A DNA stretch of 29,017 bases from an uncultured Anaerolineae bacterium (lineage in GTDB: Bacteria; Chloroflexota; Anaerolineae; J036; Brachytrichaceae), in assembly GCA_964590135.1 (NCBI GenBank), contig CAZPVX010000008.1, positions 1 through 29,017 on the forward strand. The letters are read 5' to 3'. Below are positions 1-7,842 of this stretch, one piece after another. A program made the translations under genes and the position numbers. The notes beneath the pieces were generated by a model, which searched no databases, was not told where the DNA came from, and was given only the letters and a program-made list of their open reading frames with translations. Positions within the stretch are counted from its first letter, which is position 1, and the number at the start of each line of letters is the position of its first letter.

Positions 1-284
1 CTGAATTTGCCGCAGACGTTGTCGCGGCACAACTGGAAAGGTGGTCTGTGGGACAACTCTTCATTGCGCCAGGCTCCCCTTGGGAGAATGGGTTCATTGA
101 GTCGTTCAATGGCAATGTGCGAACCGAGTTGCTCAATCGCGAATGGTTCTATTCAATCGGAGAAGCGGCGCTCATGATTGAACGATGGCGCTGCTGGTAC
201 AACGAGCAAAGACCTCACAGCGCCCTTGGCGGCCTGACGCCGGCCAAGTTTGCAGCGCAAATGAGCGTCAATGCGTGGCGCTGA
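1..284 (+). CDS. IS3-family transposase OrfB, C-terminal part of the DDE integrase core (5' end lies outside the window; reading frame open to base 3)
   Basis: The translation ...EFAADVVAAQLERWSVGQLFIAPGSPWENGFIESFNGNVRTELLNREWFYSIGEAALMIERWRCWYNEQRPHSALGGLTPAKFAAQ matches the conserved IS3/IS407-group OrfB C-terminus. This includes the catalytic E in the 'ESFNG' motif and the 'YN..RPHSALG..TP' tail. Stop is TGA at 282-284. Confidence 0.8.
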   Translation, partial: EFAADVVAAQLERWSVGQLFIAPGSPWENGFIESFNGNVRTELLNREWFYSIGEAALMIERWRCWYNEQRPHSALGGLTPAKFAAQMSVNAWR

Positions 285-340
285 GTGTTACTTTCCGTTT
301 GGATTGAATATTTCCCGCAGGTCAGCCCGAATGTCGCAAT
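1..340 (+). mobile_element. Right-hand end of an IS3-family insertion sequence (remnant or partial view; exact right inverted-repeat boundary not determinable from this window)
   Basis: The transposase C-terminus ends at 284. IS3 elements normally extend tens of bp beyond the orfB stop to the terminal inverted repeat. The adjacent DNA at 290-1140 is AT-rich and looks foreign. Confidence 0.4.
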
Positions 341-367
341 TGGCCGCCCGATTGTGTTGCCGGGAAT

Positions 368-1141
368 GTGCTCATGGATGGTGACGCAGTGACAAGCACG
401 AAAAAAATTTCCCGTGATTTGCGCGTGTATATAACGGCTATTGCACTATGCTTCAACACAGTTTCATTTAATGGCGTGGCTTACACAGCTTCTGTTACTT
501 CTGCCATTACCTGCACAAGATCATTCTGTCTGGCGCTGCCTGTAGTCAGCGTTGCGCCGCCTCTTCAAATAACCCAATGTGCCACATTTCGTGATCGTGG
601 TGCAACCTGGCATTTGCAGGGCTATGTCCTTAACACTTCGAATAAGACCATCTATAACGCATCAGTGCGCCTGTACGGCAAAACTGAAGCTGGAACATTG
701 GTCACGTCGACTGTTCCTTTGGCGCTGCCAGGGACCTTTCCAGAACAACTCAATCCTTATGAAGCACTATTTGCGGCTCACCCGGGTTATCCACTTAATC
801 CGAATATAGAAATTGTCACCTATACGACAGTCAGCACAACGACTATTGAACCACTCACTGTCGTGACCAGCCGCACAGTTGGCACAGGCAACGTTGAAGC
901 AATCTTCCGAAATGACACATCTAGTGCAATTTATCAAGCGCAAGCAGTGATTGGGAAGATGTATATTGGCTCATCATGTTGGGGATTTGCGCCACCAGAA
1001 CCAAATGGCTTCTCATACGTATATCCGCCCTATGCCATCGCACCTCTTGTTAGACCAGGTGAAGCTGTGACTTACACCTTTCCGGTTGGCTCTTTCACTC
1101 AGCACTGGGTCATCTTCGCGCAAGGGGTTGTCTCGCCCTAA
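368..1141 (+). CDS. Hypothetical Thr/Ser/Val-rich protein with an N-terminal hydrophobic segment (possible secreted or cell-surface protein), encoded in a ~46-47% GC island
   Basis: A 257-codon ORF in an AT-rich stretch is very unlikely by chance. Base composition differs sharply from the ~64% GC flanks. A hydrophobic stretch ITAIALCFNTVSFNGVAYTASVTSAITC lies near the N-terminus. I recognise no family. Its stop TAA (1139-1141) overlaps the ribF stop (CTA 1138-1140). Confidence 0.55.
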   Translation: MLMDGDAVTSTKKISRDLRVYITAIALCFNTVSFNGVAYTASVTSAITCTRSFCLALPVVSVAPPLQITQCATFRDRGATWHLQGYVLNTSNKTIYNASVRLYGKTEAGTLVTSTVPLALPGTFPEQLNPYEALFAAHPGYPLNPNIEIVTYTTVSTTTIEPLTVVTSRTVGTGNVEAIFRNDTSSAIYQAQAVIGKMYIGSSCWGFAPPEPNGFSYVYPPYAIAPLVRPGEAVTYTFPVGSFTQHWVIFAQGVVSP

Positions 1142-1890
1142 ACGAACTCAACGACGACTTCGCGCCGGCCTTCCTTCAGCGCGTGCCGCAGCGTGATGCC
1201 GCACGGCGCATCCATCGATAGCGTGGCCTCATTCACACGCCCCTCGATCAAGACAGGATAACTGCCCGGCGCGGGCAGCCAGTGCAGCGAATCAACGCAC
1301 AACTGGTTTTCGCCATCGTATTCCGCGCGCACGGCGAAGGGCCGGCCCAGGCACAGGCTCGCGTCGCGCACGTCGCCATGCGCCAACGCATCGCGAATGC
1401 GCGTGCTGCTGATCGCTTCCGGCCCCAGATTCAACTCGGTGATCACGTTCACATCGAAGCCGCGCCGCCGGCCGGCTTCCTGTAAATATGCCGCGTCCCC
1501 CTGCCGCTTGTGGCCCATCGCAAAGTCGTGCCCAACCCACAAGCTGACCATGCCGAGATGATCGACCATCCAATCGACGAATTGCGCCGCCGGCGTCTGC
1601 GCCATTGCCATCGAAAATTCCAACTGCACAATGATCTCCACGCCCAGCGCAGACATGGCGTCGGCCTTTTCCGAGGGCAGCGTCAAGTATTTGGCCGGCG
1701 CGCGCCCCAGCACGATGCGCGGGTGCGGGAAGAATGTGACGATGGCCGGCTGCACGCCGCGCGCCTTTGCATCGCTCACCACGGAGTGAATCAGTTGCTG
1801 ATGGCCGAGATGCACGCCGTCGAAGGTGCCGACGGTGCAGACGGTCGCGACGGGCTGCGGGATGTCTTCAAACGTGTGGAACAGTTGCAT
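1138..1890 (-). CDS. ribF: FAD synthetase / FMN adenylyltransferase RibF, with a shortened and apparently degenerate C-terminal riboflavin-kinase module
   Basis: N-terminal signature 'GTFDGVHLGHQ' (nucleotidyltransferase HxGH), followed by a conserved FMNAT domain of ~185 aa. Only ~65 aa follow the 'GRPF' linker, and no PTAN motif is visible. The terminal '...VVVEFV' resembles the normal RFK C-terminus. The gene overlaps truB by 23 nt, the classic truB-ribF arrangement. Confidence 0.9.
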   Translation of the reverse strand: MQLFHTFEDIPQPVATVCTVGTFDGVHLGHQQLIHSVVSDAKARGVQPAIVTFFPHPRIVLGRAPAKYLTLPSEKADAMSALGVEIIVQLEFSMAMAQTPAAQFVDWMVDHLGMVSLWVGHDFAMGHKRQGDAAYLQEAGRRRGFDVNVITELNLGPEAISSTRIRDALAHGDVRDASLCLGRPFAVRAEYDGENQLCVDSLHWLPAPGSYPVLIEGRVNEATLSMDAPCGITLRHALKEGRREVVVEFV

Positions 1891-2794
1891 CGAACACCTT
1901 CACCGGTGCCAGCATTTTCCCATCCCAGCGCGAAATGGCAATGAACTTGTTGTGCGCGTCGCAAGTTCGAAAGAGTTGTCCCTCACCCCAGCCCTCTCCC
2001 AAAGGGAGAGGGGGTAAGAGGCGCTGCCCATTCAACAGCTTGCGCGTTTGTTCGTCATCGAGTTGCACCGCCGGCCAGTCGGCTACCGCGCGCTCCATTG
2101 GCAACAGGAGCGATTCAGCACGACCTTCCTTCGCCGCCAGTTCCAGTTGTTCGAGTGTGACCGCGTCACGCAAGGTGAACACGCCGGCCTGCACTCTGCG
2201 CAATGCCGCCAGATGCCCGCCGCAGCCCAGTGCAGCGCCAATGTCGCGCGCGAGCGAGCGGATATAAGTGCCGGCGCTGCAGCGCACAGAAACGCACAGC
2301 GTAGAGCGCGGAGCGCCGGCATCGCTGTCCCGCTCTGCATTCAGGCGGATCTCGTGAATGGTCACCCGCCTCGCATCCAACTCGACCGTCTCACCCTTTC
2401 GCGCAAGGACATAGGCGCGCTGGCCGCCCTTTTGAATCGCGCTGAATTGCGGCGGCACTTGCTCGATCTCGCCGCTAAACAGATGCTCCAGCCGGCGTAA
2501 ATCTGCATCATCCATCGCTGGCACAGGTCGCGTCGCGATCACCTCACCCTCAGCGTCGTCGGTATTGGTCTGCTCGCCCAGCGCAATCACGCCCTCATAG
2601 ACCTTGTCCTCGCCGAGCAGATATTCACTCAGGCGGGTGGCGTGTCCGATGCACAACACCAGCACCCCGGTCGCCATTGGGTCGAGCGTGCCGGCGTGGC
2701 CGATGCGCTTTTCGCGCAATAGCCGGCGCGCCCGCGCAACCACGTCGTGGCTGGTCATGCCCTGCGATTTGTCGATGATGAGAAGGCCGTTCAT
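1868..2794 (-). CDS. truB: tRNA pseudouridine(55) synthase TruB
   Basis: The translation has the N-terminal pattern 'GLLIIDKSQGMTSHDVVARARRLLREKRIGHAGTLDPMATGVLVLCIGHATRL', including the catalytic Asp in 'GTLDP'. The C-terminus is PUA-like. ATG at 2792-2794. Confidence 0.95.
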   Translation of the reverse strand: MNGLLIIDKSQGMTSHDVVARARRLLREKRIGHAGTLDPMATGVLVLCIGHATRLSEYLLGEDKVYEGVIALGEQTNTDDAEGEVIATRPVPAMDDADLRRLEHLFSGEIEQVPPQFSAIQKGGQRAYVLARKGETVELDARRVTIHEIRLNAERDSDAGAPRSTLCVSVRCSAGTYIRSLARDIGAALGCGGHLAALRRVQAGVFTLRDAVTLEQLELAAKEGRAESLLLPMERAVADWPAVQLDDEQTRKLLNGQRLLPPLPLGEGWGEGQLFRTCDAHNKFIAISRWDGKMLAPVKVFDATVPHV

Positions 2795-2845
2795 GAGAAA
2801 AGAGGCATTGCGTGATTGAGCCGTTGTGCCATTGAGGCCGCTTTG

Positions 2846-3841
2846 TCACTCCTTCACCAAAGTCACCACATCGCGCTGCTTGATCACACGATCGACGCGA
2901 TGTTGCATCTGGTCGTAGGGTGAACCGACAAGGGCGCGCATGGACGAGGCTGATGACGCCAGTGCGACCATCTCCTCGCGCGAGAAGCGCGTTGCGTCCC
3001 ACGCCATGACGATGGCGCCGCCGGCCTGCAACATGCCGGCCCACACCGGCAGCGCCTCACGCAACAGATCAGCCAACGCGCCGTGATGCTGGATGCCATA
3101 CGGCAGATCAGTGACGAGGAGATGCGGACGCTTGAGCGTATGCATGAGTTCGGCAGATTGCAGTGTGTCGCCGCGCGCAAAGGCGCATTGCTGCTGTGCC
3201 GTGCCGATGGTGAAATTCCAGCGCCGGCCGTATTTCTTCATGCGCTCCTCTTTCTCTTCAAAGGGGATGCGCTGCTCGCGGCAGAACTGCGCGATAAACG
3301 GCGCGGTGCTTTCCACGTCTTCCTTGTCCTGCTCCACGCCCATCGCGCTTGCGCCCAACACCAGCGCCGCCAGCAACGTCGTGCCGCCGCCCATCAGCGG
3401 GTCGAACACGCGCAAGTCGCGCCACGGCGCGCCGGCGAAGGCGCTGCTGAAACGCGCGACATTGAGCATGAAGTGGGTGAATGACTCGCTTGTTTTGCCC
3501 CGATAACGCCGCGCTGTCATCAGCTCGATCGGCAGCGCCGGCGCAAAGCCCGTTTCCAGCGGCCTCAAAAAAGGGCCGGCCGCTTCACCGATGCGCTCGA
3601 AGAAATCGAAATATGCGCTGGTCATCGCCAGCCCGCCCAATTCGCGCAATTGCACTTCGCTCACGAGCGACGATAAGCCGGCCTTCAAATAGGCCTGGCC
3701 GCCAAGCGTGATAGGGTCGAGTGAGGTGATGGCCGCGCCGATGGAGCTGAGTTGCAATTCCGCCGGCGCAAGCGCACTGGCCAGCGCGCTATATTGCGTG
3801 CTGCGTTGCGGCGCGATCTGGGCAAGCAAAACAGGCATCAT
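2846..3841 (-). CDS. Putative THUMP-type RNA (guanine-N2 / adenine-N6) methyltransferase, TrmN/Trm14/Trm11/RlmL-like (COG1041/COG0116-type Rossmann-fold MTase)
   Basis: Motif I 'VFDPLMGGGTTLLAALVLGA' lies at ~aa 150 and motif IV 'LLVTDLPYG' (a D/N-P-P-Y/F type) at ~aa 245. The ~140-aa N-terminal domain is compatible with a THUMP-like RNA-binding module. There is a 4-nt ATGA overlap with nrnA, and the gene is embedded in the RNA-modification operon. Confidence 0.55.
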   Translation of the reverse strand: MMPVLLAQIAPQRSTQYSALASALAPAELQLSSIGAAITSLDPITLGGQAYLKAGLSSLVSEVQLRELGGLAMTSAYFDFFERIGEAAGPFLRPLETGFAPALPIELMTARRYRGKTSESFTHFMLNVARFSSAFAGAPWRDLRVFDPLMGGGTTLLAALVLGASAMGVEQDKEDVESTAPFIAQFCREQRIPFEEKEERMKKYGRRWNFTIGTAQQQCAFARGDTLQSAELMHTLKRPHLLVTDLPYGIQHHGALADLLREALPVWAGMLQAGGAIVMAWDATRFSREEMVALASSASSMRALVGSPYDQMQHRVDRVIKQRDVVTLVKE

Positions 3842-4821
3842 GCCTCTCGAATGACTTGCTTCAAACGCGAAATGACGCGATTCACCGCGTCGCGCATGGG
3901 GCCAGGCAGGGTGCAGCCGGCCGCCGCCGGGTGGCCGCCGCCGCCCAACTCCAGCGCCACTTGCGACACATCGAAGCCGGGCTGTGCGCGCAGGCTCACA
4001 TCGACGTCGCCGCTCGACAACTCGACAAACACCGCAGCCACATCCACGTCATTGACTGTGATGAGCGTGCCAACTAGGCCGGCATCGCCGCGGTCTTCCT
4101 TCACGCCCAACTCCTTGCGCAGCTTGCGCGGCAGCGTGGCATACGCCACCCGCCCGTCGAGCCTGGCGTTCACGATGCCAGCGCCGAGCAACTTGATCTG
4201 CTCGAACGAGCGCAACACCAGCGCCTGGCGTGTCACTTCCTGCAGATTGCCGCCACTGCGCATCAACTCCATCGCGGCAGCCAGCGTGTCGGGCGTGGTG
4301 TTGCTGGTGCGAAAAGCCAGCGTATCGGTGATGACGCCGGTGAGCAGGGCATTCGCAATATCCGGCGTGATCGTGATGTCCATGCGCTTGAGCAACACGA
4401 GAATCACCTCAGCAGTGGACGACATGCCTGGCTCAACCACATTCACCGCGCCGAAGTGGGTGTTAGTGATGTGGTGATCGAAGACGAGGATGGGCGTATG
4501 GGCATATTGCGCCGGCACGAAGACGCTCCCCAGTCGCTGCATATCGCTGGCGTCGAGTGAGACGATCAGGTCATATTCACCTTCGCCGGCCTGCTTCATA
4601 TCGAATATGCCGTTGAGATAGCTGAAACGCGGGTGCGGCGCATCCTGACAGGCCGGCGTCACCTGCTTGCCCAGCCCGCGCATGGCGTGGGCAAAACCGA
4701 GCAGGCTGCCCAGTGCATCCCCATCCGGCGACACATGTGTGATCGCCAGAATGCGAGATGCGCGCCGCAGATAGCCTTCTGCTGCGCTCCACACCTGCGG
4801 GTCGGTCATCATCTTCGACAT
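3838..4821 (-). CDS. nrnA: DHH/DHHA1 phosphoesterase NrnA (bifunctional oligoribonuclease / pAp phosphatase)
   Basis: Motifs 'ITHVSPDGDALGS', 'FDHHITN' (DHH) and 'GGGHPAAAG' (DHHA1). The ORF track starts at TTG 4842, but the first 20 nt of that ORF are the U-tract of the upstream intrinsic terminator. The first ATG (4819-4821, MSKMMTDP...) is therefore the preferred start; ATG 4810-4812 is also possible. Confidence 0.85.
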   Translation of the reverse strand: MSKMMTDPQVWSAAEGYLRRASRILAITHVSPDGDALGSLLGFAHAMRGLGKQVTPACQDAPHPRFSYLNGIFDMKQAGEGEYDLIVSLDASDMQRLGSVFVPAQYAHTPILVFDHHITNTHFGAVNVVEPGMSSTAEVILVLLKRMDITITPDIANALLTGVITDTLAFRTSNTTPDTLAAAMELMRSGGNLQEVTRQALVLRSFEQIKLLGAGIVNARLDGRVAYATLPRKLRKELGVKEDRGDAGLVGTLITVNDVDVAAVFVELSSGDVDVSLRAQPGFDVSQVALELGGGGHPAAAGCTLPGPMRDAVNRVISRLKQVIREA

Positions 4822-4826
4822 TTCTT

Positions 4827-4895
4827 CAAGCAAACAAATCAAAGCGTCCTGGGCAGAGTGCGATGACTCACGTCTGTCGCACTTTGCCCAGGACG
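4827..4895 (-). terminator. Intrinsic terminator or attenuator between rbfA and nrnA. The hairpin at 4845-4895 has an 11-bp outer stem (CGTCCTGGGCA/TGCCCAGGACG) and a 7-bp inner stem (AGTGCGA/TCGCACT). On the minus-strand transcript it is followed by CUUUGAUUUGUUUGCUU.
   Basis: Perfect inverted repeats were read directly from the sequence. The hairpin begins 1 nt after the rbfA stop (TAA 4897-4899). A U-rich tract follows immediately on the transcribed strand. Confidence 0.6.
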
Positions 4896-4896
4896 T

Positions 4897-5256
4897 TTAT
4901 GCGTCAGTGCCCTGCTGCCGTTTCAAGTCATCCAGCAGCCGGCTCATGTGGTCGCCGTATTCCAACGACGGATCGAACTCAAATGTGATATGCGGCGTGT
5001 TGCGCGTGCGCAGCCGCCGGCCCAACTCATGCGTCACCCAGCCCTGCGCGCTCCGCAACCCTTCCGCAACTTCCTCTTTCTTCGCGTCGTCGCCGATCAG
5101 GCTATAGAACACCTTCGCAAACTTCGTATCGGGCGAGACTTCCACGTCGGTGATCGTCACACCCTCCACGCGCGGATCATTCAACTCGTTGCCGACCAGT
5201 TGCACCACATGCCGGCGGATCAAATCAGTGATGCGTTGCTCGTATCGCTTGCTCAT
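4897..5256 (-). CDS. rbfA: Ribosome-binding factor A
   Basis: A 119-aa protein whose pattern 'ITDVEVSPDTKFAKVFYSL...ELGRRLRTRNTPHITFEFDPSLEYG' is typical of RbfA (KH-like fold). It lies directly downstream of infB, as in most bacteria. Confidence 0.9.
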   Translation of the reverse strand: MSKRYEQRITDLIRRHVVQLVGNELNDPRVEGVTITDVEVSPDTKFAKVFYSLIGDDAKKEEVAEGLRSAQGWVTHELGRRLRTRNTPHITFEFDPSLEYGDHMSRLLDDLKRQQGTDA

Positions 5257-5264
5257 CTCAATGC

Positions 5265-5297
5265 AGAAGCCAGGTCTCTTTAGAGCACCTGGCTTCT
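5265..5297 (-). promoter_or_regulatory. Stable hairpin in the 48-nt infB-rbfA spacer: AGAAGCCAGGT CTCTTTAGAGC ACCTGGCTTCT, an 11-bp perfect stem whose 'loop' is itself self-complementary (CTCT-TT-AGAG). It sits 8 nt upstream of the rbfA ATG and has no downstream U-tract.
   Basis: Inverted repeat read from the sequence. There is no U-run after it on the transcribed strand, so it is not a canonical terminator. It is a candidate RNase III or processing site, or a translational-coupling element. Confidence 0.45.
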
Positions 5298-5304
5298 CTA
5301 TATG

Positions 5305-7281
5305 CTATCGCGCCTGCTCTTCTTCCGTCAAGAACTCGATGATGTCGCCGGCCTTGAAGTCACTGAAGCCGTCGATGCCAACGCCGCACTCGAAGCCCTG
5401 GCGCACTTCCTTTGCATCCTCGGTCAGGCGCTTGAGCGAGCCGACATTGCCGGTGAAGACCGGCGCGCCGGCGCGCATCACGCGCGCCTTCACATTGCGC
5501 TGCGCCATGCCGCTCGTCACGCGCACGCCGGCGATCAAACCCACTTTCGGAATCTTGAAGGTCTGACGCACTTCTGCGACGCCAACCACCTTCTCAACGA
5601 TCTTCGGCGCAAGCAGGCCCTTCATCGCCAGCTCCACATCCTCGAGCAGCTTGTAGATCACGTCATACAGGCGCACGTCGACGCCGGCGCTTTCGGCCTT
5701 ACGCCGCGCCGCTGTGTCCATGCTCACTTCGTAGCCCAGAATCACGGCGCCAGATGCCAGCGCCAGTTCCACATCGCTTTCGGTGATGGCGCCTGTGCCC
5801 TGCATGATCACATCCAGACGCACGTTGTCGCCCTTCTCGGTGTTGATGGACGCATTCAACTTGTTCAGTTGCTCAACCAGCGGCGGCAGCGATCCCTGGT
5901 TGCTGGCCTTCACCACCAACAGCAACTTGGTGGCTTGGCTGGCCTTCGCCATCGCAAAGTATTGCTCCAGACTGGTTGCGCGACCGCTGCCTCCGATGCG
6001 CTGGCGGTTGGCGAGATTTTGCGCTGCAAGCGCCTTTGCCGTGCGATCATCTTCAACCACTTCAAACACATCGCCGGCTGCCGGCACATCGCTCATGCCG
6101 GTGATGCTGACCGGCACCGACGGCGATGCCTTCTTGATGCGCTGACCGCGAAAATCGATCATCGCGCGCACGCGCCCGCTCACCGTGCCGGCGACAAACG
6201 CATCGCCCACATTCAGCGTGCCATTCTGCACCAGCACCGTCGCCGTCGCGCCCTCGCGCTTGCTCAGGTTGCTCTCAATCACCGTGCCAACCGCCTTGCG
6301 ATCTGCATTGGCCTTGATCGTGTCGAGCGATTCCGCGACAAGCAGAATGCCTTCAATCAGATCGTCGATGCCCTTGCGCTGCTTGGCCGACACCGGCACA
6401 AACAGTGTGTCGCCGCCCCAGTCATCTGGCGTCAGACCGAGTTCGGCCAATTCCTTCTTCACCAGGTCGGGGTTGGCGTTGGGCTTATCGATCTTGTTTA
6501 CTGCAACCACGATCGGCACCTGCGCCGCCTTCGCGTGCGCGAGCGCCTCTTTCGTCTGCGGCATCACGCCGTCATCGGCAGCCACGACCAGCACTGCCAC
6601 GTCGGTCACCTGCGCGCCGCGCGCGCGCATTGCGGTGAACGCCTCGTGTCCCGGCGTGTCGATGAAGGTGACCTTCTTGCCCTGGTGATCGACCATGTAA
6701 GCGCCAATATGCTGGGTGATGCCGCCGGCCTCACCGGATGCCACTTCAGTCTTGCGAATGGCATCAAGCAAGGATGTCTTGCCATGATCGACATGACCCA
6801 TGATCGTAACGACCGGCGGGCGCGTAGCCAGAGCGTCGGCGTTCTCGGCTTGCTCCTTCGCAAAAAGGCGTTGGCGCAAGGTGGTCACCTTGCCGCCCGG
6901 GGCCGGTTTGCCGTCCGGCGTCACCAGCGCCTCTTCGGGGATCTGCGATTCGACGATGATCGGGATGGGTTTGGCTTCCCAGCCAAACGCGCCGGCGACG
7001 ATTGCCGCCGTGTCAAAATCGAGCTGCTGGTTGATCGTCGCCATCACACCGTTCTGCATCAACTCGCGGATGATGTTGATCGGGCTGATGTTGATCTTGG
7101 TTGCCAGATCGCGCAACGAAATGGACTCGGGCAACTCGATGGTCTTTGGCTCCGCCGGCCGAGATGGGCCGGTGTTGCGCGGTGGCGGGCCGCCTGGACG
7201 CTGGCCGCCGCCATGATGGCGACTTTGGCCCTGTGCGTTGCCTGCCGGCCGCGCCGGCGCTCTTGATGTATTTACAGCCAT
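5305..7281 (-). CDS. infB: Translation initiation factor IF-2 (short form lacking a long N-terminal extension)
   Basis: G-domain '[34 protein letters not shown]', plus 'DTPGHEAF' and 'NKID'. The ORF track starts at GTG 7317. The ATG at 7279-7281 (MAVNTS...) is preceded by GAGGTG 7 nt upstream and is the more likely start. Confidence 0.92.
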   Translation of the reverse strand: MAVNTSRAPARPAGNAQGQSRHHGGGQRPGGPPPRNTGPSRPAEPKTIELPESISLRDLATKINISPINIIRELMQNGVMATINQQLDFDTAAIVAGAFGWEAKPIPIIVESQIPEEALVTPDGKPAPGGKVTTLRQRLFAKEQAENADALATRPPVVTIMGHVDHGKTSLLDAIRKTEVASGEAGGITQHIGAYMVDHQGKKVTFIDTPGHEAFTAMRARGAQVTDVAVLVVAADDGVMPQTKEALAHAKAAQVPIVVAVNKIDKPNANPDLVKKELAELGLTPDDWGGDTLFVPVSAKQRKGIDDLIEGILLVAESLDTIKANADRKAVGTVIESNLSKREGATATVLVQNGTLNVGDAFVAGTVSGRVRAMIDFRGQRIKKASPSVPVSITGMSDVPAAGDVFEVVEDDRTAKALAAQNLANRQRIGGSGRATSLEQYFAMAKASQATKLLLVVKASNQGSLPPLVEQLNKLNASINTEKGDNVRLDVIMQGTGAITESDVELALASGAVILGYEVSMDTAARRKAESAGVDVRLYDVIYKLLEDVELAMKGLLAPKIVEKVVGVAEVRQTFKIPKVGLIAGVRVTSGMAQRNVKARVMRAGAPVFTGNVGSLKRLTEDAKEVRQGFECGVGIDGFSDFKAGDIIEFLTEEEQAR

Positions 7282-7529
7282 ACTGCACCTCGTGCAATGG
7301 CCCGGGCTGCGCAGCACCGGCTTGGAGTGGAGGCTTCAGCCGGCGTTCGATGCGATGGTCGCCGAACGGCAGGCTCAAGCCTCTACTCCACGTTGCCTTG
7401 CTGCATGTCACTGCGCCTTCTGCGCATCCCAGGCAACAACAACGCAGGCTATTGAGGCCTGCGTTGCTTGTGTCAATGTCAGGAATGTTTTCGGCGCTGT
7501 CTTCAACCTGTTCAGTTCATTTGCAATGC
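7282..7529 (-). promoter_or_regulatory. Structured 248-nt ylxR-infB leader. Element (a) is a 10-bp GC hairpin at 7440-7466 (CAACGCAGGC TATTGAG GCCTGCGTTG), followed on the transcript by UUGUUGUUGCC. Element (b) is a long-range 13-bp stem at 7324-7336/7377-7389 (GGAGTGGAGGCTT...AAGCCTCTACTCC, one mismatch) enclosing an inner CGTTCG/CGAACG stem just upstream of the infB SD.
   Basis: Inverted repeats read from the sequence. No ylxQ (L7Ae-like) gene or other ORF of >=60 aa fits here. Firmicutes carry ylxQ at this position. Confidence 0.4.
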
Positions 7530-7781
7530 TCAATTGAACTGGCTGAAGTACGCCAGGATGGCCTCTTCATCCTCTTTCAACAACGGCTGCTCAAACTCAG
7601 CCTCGAATCGTCTCAGGCTAATAGCCTGCTCAGCAGCCACGCGGCTCTTTGAAAGATACACGCCGCGGCTGCCGGCTCGCTTGCCTGTCAAGTCAATCAC
7701 AATGTGACTGTCTTCGGTCCTGATCAGACGAATCATGTCTCGCTTGGCATGCTGCGTGCGCGTGCCGATGCAGGTGCGCAT
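7530..7781 (-). CDS. ylxR: YlxR/RnpM-family RNA-binding protein (DUF448)
   Basis: An 83-aa product 'MRTCIGTRTQHAKRDMIRLIRTEDSHIVIDLTGKRAGSRGVYLSK...' matches the YlxR consensus (MRTCxGCR...GRGAYL). It sits between nusA and infB as in Firmicutes. The ORF track's longer TTG/ATG starts would run into nusA. Confidence 0.8.
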   Translation of the reverse strand: MRTCIGTRTQHAKRDMIRLIRTEDSHIVIDLTGKRAGSRGVYLSKSRVAAEQAISLRRFEAEFEQPLLKEDEEAILAYFSQFN

Positions 7782-7842
7782 TGGCACATGCCTGGCGCGG
7801 GCGCGCTTCGGCTTGCCCTGCTTTGCAGCGGGCTGGCCGGCA

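Noticed and set aside
579-809. 76-aa ORF inside the AT-rich hypothetical gene, in another frame
   Set aside because: It is nested in a longer, better-supported ORF and has no independent signals.
4822-4842. TTG start of nrnA as given in the ORF track
   Set aside because: These bases form the U-rich tail of the rbfA-nrnA terminator on the transcribed strand. The downstream ATG is the more plausible start.
5302-7266. 654-aa ORF on the + strand, antisense to infB
   Set aside because: A classic high-GC shadow ORF: Arg/Ala/His/Leu-rich, with no motifs. The opposite strand encodes an unmistakable IF-2.
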